Positions 39,756 through 53,972 of a DNA stretch of 64,000 nucleotides are shown piece by piece. Position 1 is the stretch's first letter, and every line of letters starts with the position of its first letter. A program made the position numbers and the translations under genes. The notes beneath the pieces were generated by a model, which saw nothing but the letters and a program-made list of their open reading frames with translations, was not told the DNA's origin and did not search any database. Origin of the DNA: Camelus dromedarius (Eukaryota); assembly GCF_036321535.1 (NCBI RefSeq), contig NC_087436.1, positions 73,162,001-73,226,000 of the forward strand, in the 5' to 3' direction.

Positions 39756-40284
39756 TACTTCTCTTGACATGAAAAGATGTCTACAACGTACTTACAGAGT
39801 AGTATGCCTTTTATGTAGATAGTTACTTTGCTCACTGTAGTGTCTTAAGGAGCTGGCTTAAAGTCAGGGATGTAAGAGAACTTAATACATGTTAAACAAA
39901 TGAATTAATGAAATGAAGTGAATACAATAGCTTCCATATCATTGTACTCCCTTCCTCCAGGCTGTCAACCTTCCAAGCTGTCCTCTTCCATTCATCCACT
40001 TATTAATACCTTCATGCAATCAGTGCCATTAGAGTGATCTTTCTAACTTGCAAATCTGATGACATTTTCCTGCCCAGAATTCTTTAATGCTCCCTATAGC
40101 CTCCAAAATAAACTCTGGTTGCTGTAACAGGGCACTCAACACTTTTCATCATTTGATCTCAGCAAACCCAAGCAGGCATATCTCTTGCCACAGCCCCCTG
40201 CCCATTTCCCTAATGCCCTTCCCATGGCTTAAGTGTCACCAACACCAACTGCTTGTGACACACTAAACATACTAAAACCACATT

Positions 40285-42235
40285 CCTTCATTGCTTCTGA
40301 CAAGTAATTTGCTGCCACTCTTATATTTGCTCCTTTATATTAAACATGTCTTTTTTTCTCTGTCTGCTTTTAAGAGTTTGTCTTAATCATTGGTTTTGAA
40401 TCAAATATCATTTGATGATTATGTGCCTTCCTGTAGCTTTCTTCATAATTCTTGTGCTTAGATTCCATTTATAGTTTTGGACAATTTTCAGCAATTGTTT
40501 CTTCAAATATTTTTGTCCTTCACCCCCAATCCTTTCTCTCCTATGAGACTCCAATTCCATGTATGTTAACCACTTGAAGGTCTTTCATAGCTACTGATGC
40601 TCCTTTCATTTAAAATAATCTTCTCTCTTTGGTTTCATTTTAGGTAGTTTCTCATGCTGTGTCTACAAGTTCATTTGTTTTGTTTTCTCATGTATAATTT
40701 GCCATTAAATACATTTGGTTTTTTTTAAATCTCAAGTCTTACAGTTTCATCTCTAGAAATTCATTTTGGGTCTTTCTTATATCTTCCATTTCTCTACTAA
40801 CTGTTTGAACATACGGAATAGTTACTGTTTAAATGTACTTATCTGCTGATTCTAATATCTGTGTCAGCTCCAGGTTGTTTTTGATTAATTATTTTCCTCG
40901 TTATGGGTCATGTTTTCCTGCCTCTTTGTTTGCCTGGTAATCTTTGTTTTAATGATAGAGATTATGAATTTTAACTTGCTGGGTGCTGGGTATTTTTGTA
41001 CTCATATGAATATTCATGAACTATGCCTGAGATGCAGCTTAGTTATCCAGAAATGGTTTGATCTTATTGGGTCCTGCTTTTACAACTTGCTGTGCAGGTC
41101 CCAAGTGGCACTCCCATTTCAGGTTAATTAATCCCCACTACTAAGTATTCAACACAATCGCCCATAAACTATTTTAAGTTTTTCCAGTCTGGCTTATGGG
41201 AATAAACACTATTCCTGGAATTGTGTTCATGCCAGGAACATTTTTCTAATCCTTTTGAATTGTTTCCCCCTCTAACCACTTTGTGTAATTTTCTTGCCCA
41301 CATGCACTGATCAGTAATCCGCTGACTCTTCAAAGAAAAGCTTCTACTGTCTCCAGGCTTCTCTCTCTGTGCAGCTATCTCCTCTTTGTTACTTTGTCTT
41401 GCAAACTCTAGCCACCTTGGTGTCCCCAGGCTCACAGTTCCATCTCAATATTCACCATTATTAATTTCGTCCTTCATTGACACTGAAGTTTTTGGATCAG
41501 AGACAGATTTCTTCGTATACTCACCGCAAGATCAATAGAGTAATACTGTAGGGTCACTCCCCCGCATTTCCAAAGTAACATGAGGACCAGATATGAAAAT
41601 TTGTCCTGTGTGAGTAGCAAGCTCACCTCATAAGTGAGGAACACAGAAATACAAGTTTATCTGTCCTTGTACACAGGAGAAAGAGGTATCTGCTTCCCCT
41701 TACACATCTGAAAGTCTCTTTAGAAATGTCTTGCTCTAACCCTTTGGAATGTAAATAAATCTCTCCAGGGAAAAAATAATTCCTGTGTCTCCAGATTTAC
41801 AACTCAGAGATGTTTCCAAGTTCCAGGTTTCATCTCCTTTGAAATGTAAACACATGTCTCTGGCATTAGGTAAATCTCTCTGGAGTTCTCACTCTCTATA
41901 CAGTTGTAAATTAACTTCTAAGACTAGCTCTCAGATCAGATTCCAAGTTTCAGTAAAATGTGTTTGGAAATCCCTAACTGTGTAGAAACATAAAGATATT
42001 TTCTCTGCAACCCCACATCCTCCCTATGCCGTGACCTGGAAACCCTCGAAACAGTAAGCTGGAGCAATTGTATGACTGGCTTGTTAGTTTCCCATCTCTC
42101 AGGGATCACTATCCTTTGTGGCCAGATGGTCTGCGTCTTGAAGACTGTTGTTCTATATATTTTCTCTGGTTTTATTGGTTGATCCAGGTGGGAGAGTAAA
42201 TCTAGCTCCTGTTAATCCATTTTGGAAGGAAGTAA
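40285..42235 (-). mobile_element. Old L1M ORF1/5' region, interrupted by a probable LTR (~41480-41990)
   Basis: cagcaattgtttcttcaaatatttt...gagactccaatt...ctgattctaatatctgtgtc...; resumes at ~42030 (ggaaaccctcgaaacagtaagctgg). Confidence 0.65.
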
Positions 42236-42894
42236 AAGCCCCGTGCTGCTTCATGCTTCCTTGACCTTGCACTTGCTGTTCCCCGGTTTGGCATACACTC
42301 CACCACCAAAAACAGACCCCTTATCATCTACCCGTCAAAGTTTACATCTTTCAAGTGTCAGTTCAGGGTACGCACTTGTATATAAGTTTTCCTCGACTCT
42401 CTCAGGCACATTTCGGTGCCTGTAGTGGACACAGTTGGTTCTTTGCAAACACGCAACCTGGCTCCACTTCTAACATTATTGTGAGTTGATTGAGGTTTCC
42501 ACCCTCCTCCATGCATCTGTGTACATCAAGAGAAGCTAATCTCACCCTTGCTCCAGATTCTAAGGGTAATGTGCAATAATAAGTTTTCCAATTATTTAAG
42601 ACAATTTGGGTTGAGTTTTAGTTTTTTTCAGCCAATAACATCCTCACCAAGGAGTTACCCTTATCCCCACGCTCCTGTATCATATTATATGTGCTTCCTT
42701 TTTAGCTGCATATCTATCTTCCCTCTAGACTCTAAGCCTCTTTGAGAGCCAAGAGGACATAGTATCTTGACTCTTTAGAACCAGGGCCTGATACAGAGTG
42801 GGGACGGAAGACATGTGGAATGAATGATTGTTCATATCTCAATCTTCCCAGAAGGTTGTAAGAATCCAATCAATACTATCATATTTATATAACA

Positions 42895-43100
42895 GTATAT
42901 ATTATAACAATATTTATTAAAAAAAAAAACTTCACTGCATGCCAACTACAGGCATCATCTCTTGCAATCTTCCCAACAGCCCTCTGGAATAGATACTATT
43001 ACAGTGCTGCATTCATTTTACAGTAGGAAAACTGAAGGTTGGGGAAGTTCAATGATTTGCCCAATTAAATATAGGTAGGAAGTGGTGGAACCTGGACTAG
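42895..43100 (-). mobile_element. MIR SINE fragment
   Basis: cattttacagtaggaaaactgaagg...atttgccca...agtggtggaacctgga. Confidence 0.75.
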
Positions 43101-43104
43101 TAGC

Positions 43105-43726
43105 TGTCAGGAGCTCAGCAAAGCTGTCAGGTATTAAAGTAGCAATTAAACCAATAAGCCAAAATGGAAGTAACAGCGAGCCTTGAATCATTCACTTCCA
43201 TAGGACAAGAGGGTAAAACCAGGAAGAGCACCAAGGGCCCCTGTTCCTTTTCCCCCACGAAATGGCACACTGGTCAAGAGTCAGGTGAACTAGTGTAGAT
43301 GTGGGGGTTGCCTCACCATTAAGGGACCCAAAATAAAAGATTCCTGCAGTTTTATGGACCCTGGGGCCTAGGTGGAGGTGGGAAGAAGTTGGGAGTGTGA
43401 GAGTACTGAGTACCGAGTCAGAGTGGGGAAAAGTGTCTTCAAGGTTTCCCCCATCATACCTCTACCCATAAGGAGGCCTTGGCAAAGGCATCGGAAGACG
43501 ATCTCAGATGAAGCCCCCAAATAATGAGACCCAGGGATGAAGGTACCCAGGGATGAAGGGCCAGGAATGCACAGATGCAAAGAGCATGACCAACCAGAGG
43601 GGCCTGGGTCTTTGCACCTCCTCTCAGAGGCTGTGTACCTAGTCTGGCGGGAGAGCACATGTGAGGCCAGTCAGGCAGAGCCTTTATAATTGCCTTATGG
43701 TTGGGCCCAGAAAAAAAAACACACAT
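43105..43726. mobile_element. Probable ERV LTR inserted into the MIR
   Basis: GC-richer block starting TGTCAGG and ending ...ACACA that interrupts MIR text; TSD not resolved. Confidence 0.45.
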
Positions 43727-43856
43727 TGTTCCAGACTCCTCAGGAACCAAGTCTCTTAACCACCAGATCTTTTCGTTGAGTAAACGACCTTATTTTATTA
43801 ATTTCTGTCTCCCCAGTAGAGTCACTGGACCATGGTCCATGATACATATAATAAAG

Positions 43857-43908
43857 GTGAATTGAATTAAGTGGAATAGAATTGAACTGAAGTGAATTGA
43901 ATTGAATT
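43857..43908. repeat. Degenerate (GAATT)n pentamer repeat
   Basis: Read directly. Confidence 0.8.
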
Positions 43909-45029
43909 ATAAAGAGCAGAGAGAAGGATAGTTGCTGACATTCAAATACCAGCCAAAGATTCTGTCATAGTTGAACTGTATTTCTGCATAAGGGAATAAA
44001 TTGATACTACAGAAGCATAATGCCTTAGTTCTAAGAAGATATATTCAGGATCCTGCTAATGGGACCTCCTCAGTAAATTCCAAAATTCTTCAAATAGTTC
44101 ATATCATGCTCAAATAGTTCATTTATTCCCTTTTCCATCTTATCACCGAACTCATAAATATTTCCTCAACTATCATAAAATTCCAGATTCTTTTCTTTTT
44201 TCAACATGAAGCAAGACATCTAGGCACCCAATAAATGTTCATTAGTGAAGATGATGAAGGCCAATTTGATATGTTTTTTTCCCTAACTGCTTTTGAAGGC
44301 CCTCAGCATCATTTAGCATTTGATTTGAAATCTTTGGAAGAGCACATTTTCAAATCTGTACATTGTTAATTAACATTGCCAGCTATTGCTATCTTTCTTG
44401 GTTCAAAAGGCTTTGCTGTCATTAATTACATATTCAGAATGATGGGAATAGATTCAATTTATTCTGAAAATCCCAATGAATTAAGCTTTCTCTGTACTAC
44501 CAAAATCAAGAGATGTCAGAACAGCATTCTGTTCTAGGGTCATTCTTCTTTCTTCTCCCTCCTTCAGTTGGGATGGTAAAGCAGGGTGGTGCAAATCAGT
44601 TTGCAATGCCAAAGTTAGAAGATATACCTTTTATAGCTACAGAACAGCAACAACAACAACTTCAACAATATCGTGAAACTCTATCCATTAGTCTCTGGTT
44701 TCTCATTCTCCATATAGTAATACATCCCTAAAGAGAGAAACCCAGAGAAGGTGTTAAGTGAGAACACAAAGTGAATTTAACATGTATTTTTTAAAGTAAC
44801 CTGTTCTTTATAGAAGTTAAATATTCTCTAGGATTAATTTTCCAGAACTTCCCCTTGACCAGACTTCTCTAACCCTTTCCCACCTCCACCCTTCTTTCAA
44901 TGTGAAACAGTCCACCACACACACAGACACACACATACACAACCCTCACTGTCTCTAAGCCTTTAAATAACCAGATTCTCTGGTGTGTGGAAATCACACG
45001 TTAAGAACCTGTTAAGATCACCTGAAAAC

Positions 45030-45330
45030 TAGAGCGAATCAGTAGTACATTGGATGATACAGAAGAAAAGATAAGCAATCTGGGCAACAAAATAATGGAA
45101 ATCACCCAATCAATACCTATCAGTATCTATCAATAATCATTTTTAACACAAATAAACTAAATGCTAGAATCAAAAGACAGAGTGACTAAATGGACAAAAA
45201 AAAAAAATGAGACCCATCCATATGCTGCCTACAAGAGACTCATGTCAGATCTAAAGACACACACAGATTGAAAGTGAAGCGATGGAAAAAATTCCATACA
45301 AATTAAAACAAAAGGCATACAAAACAAAAA
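45030..45330 (+). mobile_element. L1 remnant: ORF1 piece joined to the ORF2 endonuclease start
   Basis: gatacagaagaaaagataagcaatctgg...ggaaatcacccaatca, then atatgctgcctacaagagactca...gattgaaagtgaagcgatggaaaaa (CCLQETH motif). Confidence 0.8.
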
Positions 45331-46714
45331 GTTTGCTACCCCCAGCTGTTTGTTGCATATCAAACAAAGCTGTCCTAATCTGTTCAGATCACCCGGGTAA
45401 AGGTGTCGCAATTACTGAAACGCCATCCTCCCTGGTATAGTATTCTCACTCTACACTTTCCAAATGTTAGACCACAATACAGGTACTTTTTCTAGCCCTG
45501 CCTTTCTAGCTCCACTTGAGTTTTTAAAGCTTCAGATCCAGTTTCCTGAACAGATATTTAAAGTAAGGTTTTTCAAAGTAAGTTTCTAGTTTCTCCTCCA
45601 ATCAGGCTTCTTCACCAGTTAAAATTATTGCCTCAATGGGGCCTCTCTTCTCCCTTGTCTGCCCTCCTTTACCACCATACACCAGCTTCTCCTCCCCAAA
45701 TAATTTGTCTTCTAAGGCATTATGAGTCATAGCTTTGTTATCTCTCAATCACACAAACAAGATAAAAATAGGGGGCAGAAGACGTAGAATAATCAAAGCA
45801 ACCAGTGGCATTTCCCTTTAATTTGGGAAACACATGCACTCTGGCACCAGGGTTGGGGTGATATTCTGAGCTATAAGAGAGGAGATGGAAAGTTGAAGGG
45901 AATAGTGTCTTTTGGTGTATAAAACAGACCTTGCTAGAATTTTTCCAAGGATGGAGTCTACAATTTTCTTTTCATTAAATTAGTCAACTGACTAAAGCAA
46001 ATCACAAATTCCAAAGAGATTCAAATGAAGGAAATATATAAGATTAGTGCTGGAAGTCTGCATCTAATTTGGGCATATAAACTTCCGATCTTAAACAGGG
46101 CAAATTAACTCCTTTGATATGCAAAATAGCTCAAAATTATCCTCCTCTGCTTTTCTCTTTCTGGGCAGGAGTTTGCAAATATTAGAGCTACTTTAAGTAA
46201 TGGAGAACATCCCTTTGTATTCCCAAAAATAATGAACAAGGAGTCCAAAAGCCTGAGTTCTGACTTGCAGCCCCCTTGGATATGGTGATGTGGAGAACCA
46301 GCCTTTCTGACTCACAGTTTCTCATTTACAAAATGAGGATAAGGGTATCTTTATTCACAAGGGTTGTGTTCATAGCCCTCTGTAAACTCTAAAAGGTTAC
46401 ATAAATATAAGGGACCATTAGCATGATGATCCAGGCACATTTCCAAAACATTTTCATCACTGTCAGAAAGTTGGGACCTATGAGTTGGTGAGCCATAGTC
46501 AAAGCCACTGACCTGAAGAAGGAAGATATTTTCTGCATATGAGGCATAAGTGTTGCCACTCTGAAAACAGTAAAGTAAGAAGACTCTGCCGAGAACTGAG
46601 ACTCGCCTTCATCATTGTTCTGGAAGGTGTAAGTCCTGGCAGGGTTCACTGCCTGAATCTCCTAAGCAAAAGAATCATTTTGACCAGAAACACAATGGAA
46701 ATAGTTTTCAAGTA

Positions 46715-46940
46715 TACAATAGCAATACTGCTACCTAACATTTATGAAATCCTTGCCATGTGCCAGGGACAGTTCTAAGCACATTACCAGTTTTATCTAA
46801 TTCAATCCTCCCTGCAAAGTAGGTGCTATTATTCCGATTTGTCCCATTTTACAGATGAGACTTATAAAAGCTAAGTAACTTGCTCCAGATGAATAGGATA
46901 GCAACAGAGATTTGAACTCACACTCTTAGCCACCTCTTGA
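46715..46940 (-). mobile_element. MIR SINE
   Basis: atgtgccagggacagttctaagcac...cccattttacagatgag...taagtaacttgc...gatttgaactc. Confidence 0.85.
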
Positions 46941-47827
46941 CTCTCCCTTCTTTTAAGATCTGGATAAAATTCATCTTTCCAGAGAAATGTGGAAAGTCTG
47001 AACTCCTCCCCAGGATTCCTGTAAAACTCCCGGGGGTGGGACAGGGCACAGGGTGCGAGGGGCACGTCTCTGCTCAAAGTTCCCTCTGACTCTCTTCTCC
47101 TGCTCATGATCTCCCTGTTTGGAGCTATATTGACCCAGAAGTGGACTCAGGCTGTCCATCATTTCCACTCAAAGAGTTTTTGAAGCTTTCCAGAGATAAA
47201 ATATACAGCCCAGGAGTGGAAACAACTCGCAATTTAGTTTTAAACAATTCTGTTTCCATAAGTCCTTGGGCAATTTCCACGACTTGGACTCCAGCCTCCT
47301 GCCCTGTTGCTCAGCCCTGTTCTCTCCATCCTTCCCCACTCCCCCGCCTCGTCTCATCCTCAAATTCCTGTCCAATCCTACTGTCTCTTTTGTTTCTTTG
47401 GTTTCTGCCACCCCATCCTCATAGGATCTCACTTTGCCCCTAAGTGATTTATCAACATTTTTTTCCTAATCAAAGATAGCTCCCTCCCTATGAGAAATTA
47501 CAATGCTTTCTCTGAAGATAAGGATATTGTCACCTTGGTATATATCCATTTAACAAATATTTATTCCTAGAAAGTAAAAAGAGAGGGTGGTAATACATAA
47601 AGCCAGAGGGATTTTTAATATCTTGAACTCATACTGATAAACCACTAAAGAATAATTAATAAAGGGAATCATAAACTCAAAGTCATCGTAATTATAATCA
47701 CATTTCTATAGCTCATTTTAATCTATTATAAATTCTTTATAACAGGAGGAGTACTTTCACCCCAAAACATTAAAATATTCTGTTGTTAAAAGAGAAAACA
47801 TCCTGGTGACATGATAATGTGCCATGT

Positions 47828-47832
<5 letters not shown>

Positions 47833-47863
<31 letters not shown>
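47833..47863. repeat. poly-A tract (~31 nt)
   Basis: Read directly. Confidence 0.95.
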
Positions 47864-47865
<2 letters not shown>

Positions 47866-48284
47866 ACCTTCTATACCCCAAACATTGTGGCAGCTTCTCA
47901 GGCCTATAAGATATCCAGCTCGAAGCAAATTCACTCCAGCTGTCAAGACAGTCAGGTGACTCTATAAGGAGCATTGCTGGGCTGTAGACATTTACTTTTT
48001 GTTTTCTAACAAAATCAATTACTTGCTCCCATTACACTCCTACTTTGTTAATGAGTTCACAAAATAATAATTTAATCATGAAAATAGTGGTAAATTAACT
48101 CTGTCATCCCTATAACTTGCCTACTATTTATCCACTCATTCATTTGTTTATTCCTCAAATATTTATGGAGCTCTTTCTATGCACATGGCTTCAGAGAAGC
48201 AGGTAGGAAGCGTGGGAGTCAAGCTTTACAAATATTTCTAACAAAGAATTATAAATGGTATCATTTATTCATTAAAACCATATT

Positions 48285-48480
48285 TCGAGGATCATCAGTG
48301 GTTCTAGGCATCTTACATTATATTATCTCATTTAACCTTCACAGCACCACCACTTTCAGGGGAGTATTAGTAGCGTTTTACAGACAATGTAACTGATGAT
48401 TAGAGAGGTCAAGTAACTTGTAAGTATCTGGTCAGGGGCAGAGCCCACATCTAAACTCAGGTCTTAGTGACCCCAAGTAC
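48285..48480 (-). mobile_element. MIR SINE
   Basis: tattatctcatttaaccttcacagc...ttttacagac...agaggtcaagtaacttg. Confidence 0.8.
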
Positions 48481-49490
48481 TGTGCAAATAAAGAGGAGGA
48501 GGCTGCTAACTAATTCTGTCTGTGAAGTGAAGCATTTCACAGAAGTGAAGGCATTTCAGAGGAGCCACTGCTTAACCTGATCTATAAGGAGCCCATCATC
48601 TAATAAGTAAAGGGCATGGCATCTATGATGGAAAGAATGGTGTAGACAAAGGCATGATTATATGCTGTGGCTTGCACCTGATTTGATCTTACCAATCCGC
48701 AGCAGTGGGACATATGGTTCATTAAGGGCAGTTTCTCTACCTCCAGTGCTTCCCGAAGTAGACAGGACACTCCTTGAGAACAAGTATTATGCCCTATTTA
48801 TTTGGTAGTCCTCCCAGAGCCCAGAACACATCTTACAGAGATGGTGCTCAATTGTTGTTTGAAGAAGTGAGTTAGAGTGTGAGGTGAGATGTATGGGAGG
48901 GAGGAAGCGAGGGAGGGAGAGGAAAATACAATTTCTGCTGTAACATTTTATCACAGGGCATCTTATGGTGTTTATTTTCTAAAAGTTGCTGAGTTGATTC
49001 TCTTATCAGTCTCCTTTTGAGAGATAATTGCTGGTATAATCTTAGCAACATGATTATACCTTTTTTGTTATGATCCAGCAGCCACGAGACTCAACGCGTG
49101 CTTCAGTTATGATAGAAATAGCTTTGCGTAGACAGTCTCCCTGGGACAGCGTGTGTAGGTCTACAGTGTCACCCTTTGTGGTCCTTCACTGCAGTATTAC
49201 ATGTCCATAATAACAACAATAGTAGCTTGCATTCCTTACCCAGTTTACTTTGAAGGCAGTTGTACCTCTGTCATCGCCTCACAATAACCCTGTGAGATCT
49301 TTGCCAGCCAATGGAGCCAAGGTTTGGGCAGGTAAGCCATGGGCTCCAGGAGACCAAACTCCAGGCCCAAACACAAGTCTCCTGATTCCTGGTCCAAACT
49401 TCTTTCCATTTATTCAGTCTCCTTCCCCAGGAAGAAAAACAATTCCCTTAAGGAATTATACTTGAGTTTGTCTCTTTCCATTTCTGTTTC

Positions 49491-49494
<4 letters not shown>

Positions 49495-49537
<43 letters not shown>
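49495..49537. repeat. (AC)21 microsatellite
   Basis: Read directly. Confidence 0.96.
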
Positions 49538-49538
<1 letters not shown>

Positions 49539-50924
49539 TGTCTTGCTTTGGAGGAAGTCTGAATTTGTTCTAAGGTACAACTTGCCCCTAATTGGTTTTC
49601 ACCCAATTCCTGTGGCCTTAGGTGACCTCATGACCATTGTGAAAATGGTTTCTAGGTGGGTCCTGAGGTTCAGACGTGTCTCACAAGGGTCATCCTGGCA
49701 CTGCCTGCCTTCAGACTCCTTAGTCTTTATCATCAGTGGAGTCCACACATTCATTTCAGACATGAATTGGCTTTAACTATCCCTTATTGGTACTAGTGAC
49801 AGTCAGCCTTCTGAGGCATGTGACTGGATTTGAGTTTAGGTCCAATTCCACACCCCTAAAATGAAAAACGCTAATCTGAGAAGTTTCCTGCCTAGAAACC
49901 ACCCACCCCCACCCCAAGCACAGGACCACGGAATTGAAAGGATCATTTTATTATACATGTAAGCCCTCTCAGGATTAATCCTACTATGTGGAGGATTTTT
50001 CAACCAGTTGAACAAGTTGGGGGTTTTTTATTCCCACTTCATTTATGTTTTGAAAACCATTTTGGAATCTGTACTCTCCTCCAGCTTCACTGGAAGATAA
50101 GGAACCTGCATGCTATCTGCAACCCTTAAATTAATCAGGTGCGGGAGATGGTTGGGAGGTAGGGAGGTGAGAACTGAGTCAGGAGGGAACATGTGACAAC
50201 AGCAAGCACACAGATCGTTAAGGAGCAGCTGGTGGCCAGTTCACATTGCTATACACCTCAAAGGAGCCAAGTAGCAAATGCCTCCCAAAGTAAACCTCCA
50301 GTCATCTGAGAGTGAATGCCCTGATTGTGGCTAAAGCTGATGGGAAAATGTTACAGGCTTGAGGCATAACACGGTTGGAGGCACTCAGATAGATCTGACT
50401 TGAGACGGGGCTCACAGTCACCTTCTTCCCTAGATGCAGCTCCTTCAAATCTCATTCGTTTTGACAGTTCCAACCAAAGGGTAGCTAGCTTTTCTTAACA
50501 CCTCAAATCCACTATGGTAGGTAACTCAAGGTCTGACAATTGATTCAACAAAGAATTATACAGAGTCTACTATGTGCCAAGCATAGTAGGGACTGAGAAG
50601 CAATAAGGCACAATCCCTCCCCTTGGGAGCTCTCAATCCAACAGGAGAGACAGAAAGGCAACATTTATAATCAGGGAGCTATTCAGTATATATAAATAAC
50701 TTCATACTATGGACACCAACCAGTCAGAGGGATGTTGGCAGGTGCACGGGGGCATGCCGGCTGCAGGTCAGCCCTGCCTATAGTATCACATGTTAAGGAC
50801 AGTAGCAGAGGTCTCTAGAAGATGCTATGGGAGCTCAGAAAAAGCTCAAGCTACTATATGTCAGAATTCTGGCCCTTTGAAGAGGATAGTTTTAGAAGAG
50901 TAAGGTGAAATAATAAAGACAATG

Positions 50925-51125
50925 ACAAAACTACCATATTAGGTACATACCATGGGCCAGCTCTGTGTTAAGAAACAACTTTCCAAAGGTTACTTTATTT
51001 GATCCTCACAATATCCCTCTTTTAACAAATAAGGAAACTGAGACTTAGATCAGGTGAATTACCCAAGATCACACATGTTTTTAACAGGGTTTAAACCCTA
51101 ACAATCTGACTTCAGAGCCAGCACT
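50925..51125 (-). mobile_element. MIR SINE
   Basis: tttgatcctcacaa...aaggaaactgagacttag...cccaagatcacac...tctgacttcagagcc. Confidence 0.8.
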
Positions 51126-52049
51126 TAATATGTGAAATTTGAGGTGTTGATTCTTCTGAAAATAAGTTATCCAATTTAAGAATACAGAAAGAATAAGAGT
51201 TAGTCAGCAAAAAGTTGGGTTTCCTACCATTTCCTTACTGCAAGGGTCAGAGTATTTTAGTTAGAAGAAGATTGGTGAAGTCCTTAATCAAAAAGTCAAA
51301 CCCAGGTCAACATAAGTAAAGATAAATACAATGTAAGAAAAAATCTAACAATCATTTTTCTTAAGAGTCCTTTAGAATGAAGGATAGGCAGAAAGAGCCA
51401 TCAGGCAAATATTGTTCAAGCTGTTTCAAGAGGTAAGTGGCAGGCACAAGGGACCATTACTATAACTCTAAAGAACCTTGTCGAAAATTTTAAAATAAAG
51501 CTATCTTCTAAAACATGCTTCTGGATAGTAGAAATGTTCCCTTTGTCTGTCTTTGATCAGTCAGCCCAGGAGAACTATAGCCTCACTTAAAGGCAAAATA
51601 ACAGAATTAAAAAAAAAAAAAAAAGATTTTCCAGAAGAATTCCTAAAGTATACTTCTCATACTGAAGTCTGTAAGTAATAAGAGAAGGTTGGAAATGTCA
51701 CCAACAGATCGGATTTTTCATGGTGCCTTTCCAAGAGTCCTAAGTTCACAGGATCACAGGTCACAGGAAATTCATGTCTGTGGATTTAATAATAACGTAA
51801 AAGGAAGGAACAAACAGCCACCCCCTTCTCTTCTGTCAAAATGCAAAGATTTCTGTTTGAAATGTTGAGGCTGAGGGTATCACTGAGGGAAAATCTACTG
51901 CTTTAAAGATTAAAGGGGGGGGGGACATATTTCCCAGAATAGCCAATACAATATTGAAGGAGAAGCACAAAGTTGAAGGACTGGCACTACTCTACCTGAC
52001 CTTTATGCTAGAGCGGATCCAGTTTTTGGCAACCAAGAACGTTGTTTGA

Positions 52050-52470
52050 AATAGGGATCTTATTCCGTCCTATGGCTGAAATCATGTATGTGTTGGTGAC
52101 TCCAAAATTTATACCTCTCCTCTAAGTGCCAGACTCCTATTTCCAACTGCTAATCCAGCATCTTTACTTGGAGATCTCCTGGACATCTCCAACTTAACAT
52201 GTCTAGATCAGAACTCTTAATTTCCTTCCCAAATCCAATCCTAAACCAGACTTCCGCATCTCAGAAAATGGCGTCACTAGCCATCCTGGTGTTTAGTCTC
52301 CAAACCTAGAAGTCATCCTAGAATAATTTTTTTTCCTAAACTATTAAAAATTTCTCCACTCCTTTTCATTTCTACTGCTACTATTTTGATTGAAACAACT
52401 GTCTTTTTTTAGTCTATTGCAAAACGTCTAGTATCCTGACCTCTCTGGCCCCTCAGCAATCCATTCTATA
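52050..52470. mobile_element. L2 LINE fragment
   Basis: tgactccaaaattt...ccagactcctatttccaactgc...catctccaacttaacatgtct...aaacctagaagtcatcc. Confidence 0.75.
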
Positions 52471-52489
52471 AGATGATTTCTTTTTGTAT

Positions 52490-53972
52490 AAAATTTGTCA
52501 AATTTTTATTTGGGATAATCTCAAATTTACTTTTTGAAAAAGTTGTAACTTTATTTTTCCAAAGCATTTTAGAGTAAGTTGCCAATATGATGCCTATCAC
52601 CACCGAATACCTAAATGTACACTTCCTACAGACAAGAGAATTAGCTTACATAACCACAAAACACCTGTCAAAACCAGGAAACTAACAGTGACGCATTGCT
52701 ACCACCTAATCTGCAGACCTCATTCAAGTTTCACCATTTTTCCCAGTAGGTCACTTATAGCAAAAAGATCCAATCCAGAATTATGTGTTGCATTTATCTG
52801 TCATGTCTCTTTAGTTTCTAGAAACCAGGAATGATAATTCAGCCTTTCTTTCACTTTCATGACGTTGATACTTTTAAGGACTATAGACTAGATTTTTGTT
52901 TTGTGTTGTTTTTTTTTTAAATGTCCCTTAATTTGCGTTGTCTGATGTTTCCACCACAGGATTAGATTCAGATTACACATCTTTGGCGGGAAAATCACAG
53001 AAAGACTTTTCCATCATATTTTATCAAGTACTGCACACTTTTGATTTGTCCCCGTGCTGGTGATGTTCATTTAGATCATTTGCTGAAGGTTGTGTGCCAG
53101 GCTTTTCCACCCTGAGATTATCCTCCTTTCCCCAGTAATTAATAAGTATTTTCTGGGGAGATATTTTGAAACTATGTAACTATCCTATGTTAATCAAATT
53201 GTCCATTTATATCTATTTACTTATTTATATCAGTGTGCATTTATGGACTCCTATTTTATTCAGGGGATTATAAATTTTACTATCATTACTTGTTCCCAGT
53301 TGTTATCATACTTGACCCCTAGAGAGGGGATTTGTGATAGGTTTATTCTTGGTCTTGCTTCTGGGAATAGAAGCTGCCCTATGGAGGAAATTTATGGCAA
53401 TACTCATTTCTCAGAAGTATCTGCTTTTAGTCAGATACAGAAAGCTCTGAGAAGGCTTCTTTCTGCATCTGTTGAATCCCAAATATTTTCAGCTTAAAAT
53501 AATCTTTATTCCAACTCTGGGGTTCCAAGTGGGTTCCCATACTGCCAAGCTCTTTTCCAAAGTGGTAGTACTATTTTGCATTCCCACCAGCAGTGGATAA
53601 GTGTTCTGGTTGCTCTGCATCCTTGCCAACACTTGGTATGGTCAAACTTTCATCTTGCCATTCTAGTGGCTAAATACGTAGTCACAGCACATTGTGGTTT
53701 CAGTCTGCATTTCCATAATAACTAATGATGCTGAGCATCTTTTCATGCACTTACTAGTCATCCATGTATTTTCTTGGGTTAAGTGTGTGTTCAAATCTTT
53801 TCCCCATTTTTACTGGGTCATTTGTCATCCTATATTCAGTTTTAGGAGTTATTTATGTATTTCAGATAGAACTCCTTTATCAGATATGTTTTACAGATAT
53901 TTTCTCCCATTCAGTACCTTATGTTTTCATTTTCATGATTTCCTTTTGAAGACCAAATGTTTTCAGTTTTAG
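52490..53972 (-). mobile_element. Old L1 (L1MC-like) 3' region, split by an LTR-like insert at ~53300-53540
   Basis: ggggagatattttgaaactatgtaa; ttttccaaagtggtagtactattttgcattcccaccagcag...tgcatttccataataactaatgatgctgagcatcttttcatg. Confidence 0.8.

Noticed and set aside
47833..47863. Orphan poly-A as the tail of a processed pseudogene
   Set aside because: No upstream AATAAA, TSD or recognisable mRNA body.
49339..49776. 145-aa ORF with an HT repeat
   Set aside because: Reads through an (AC)n microsatellite; no coding support.
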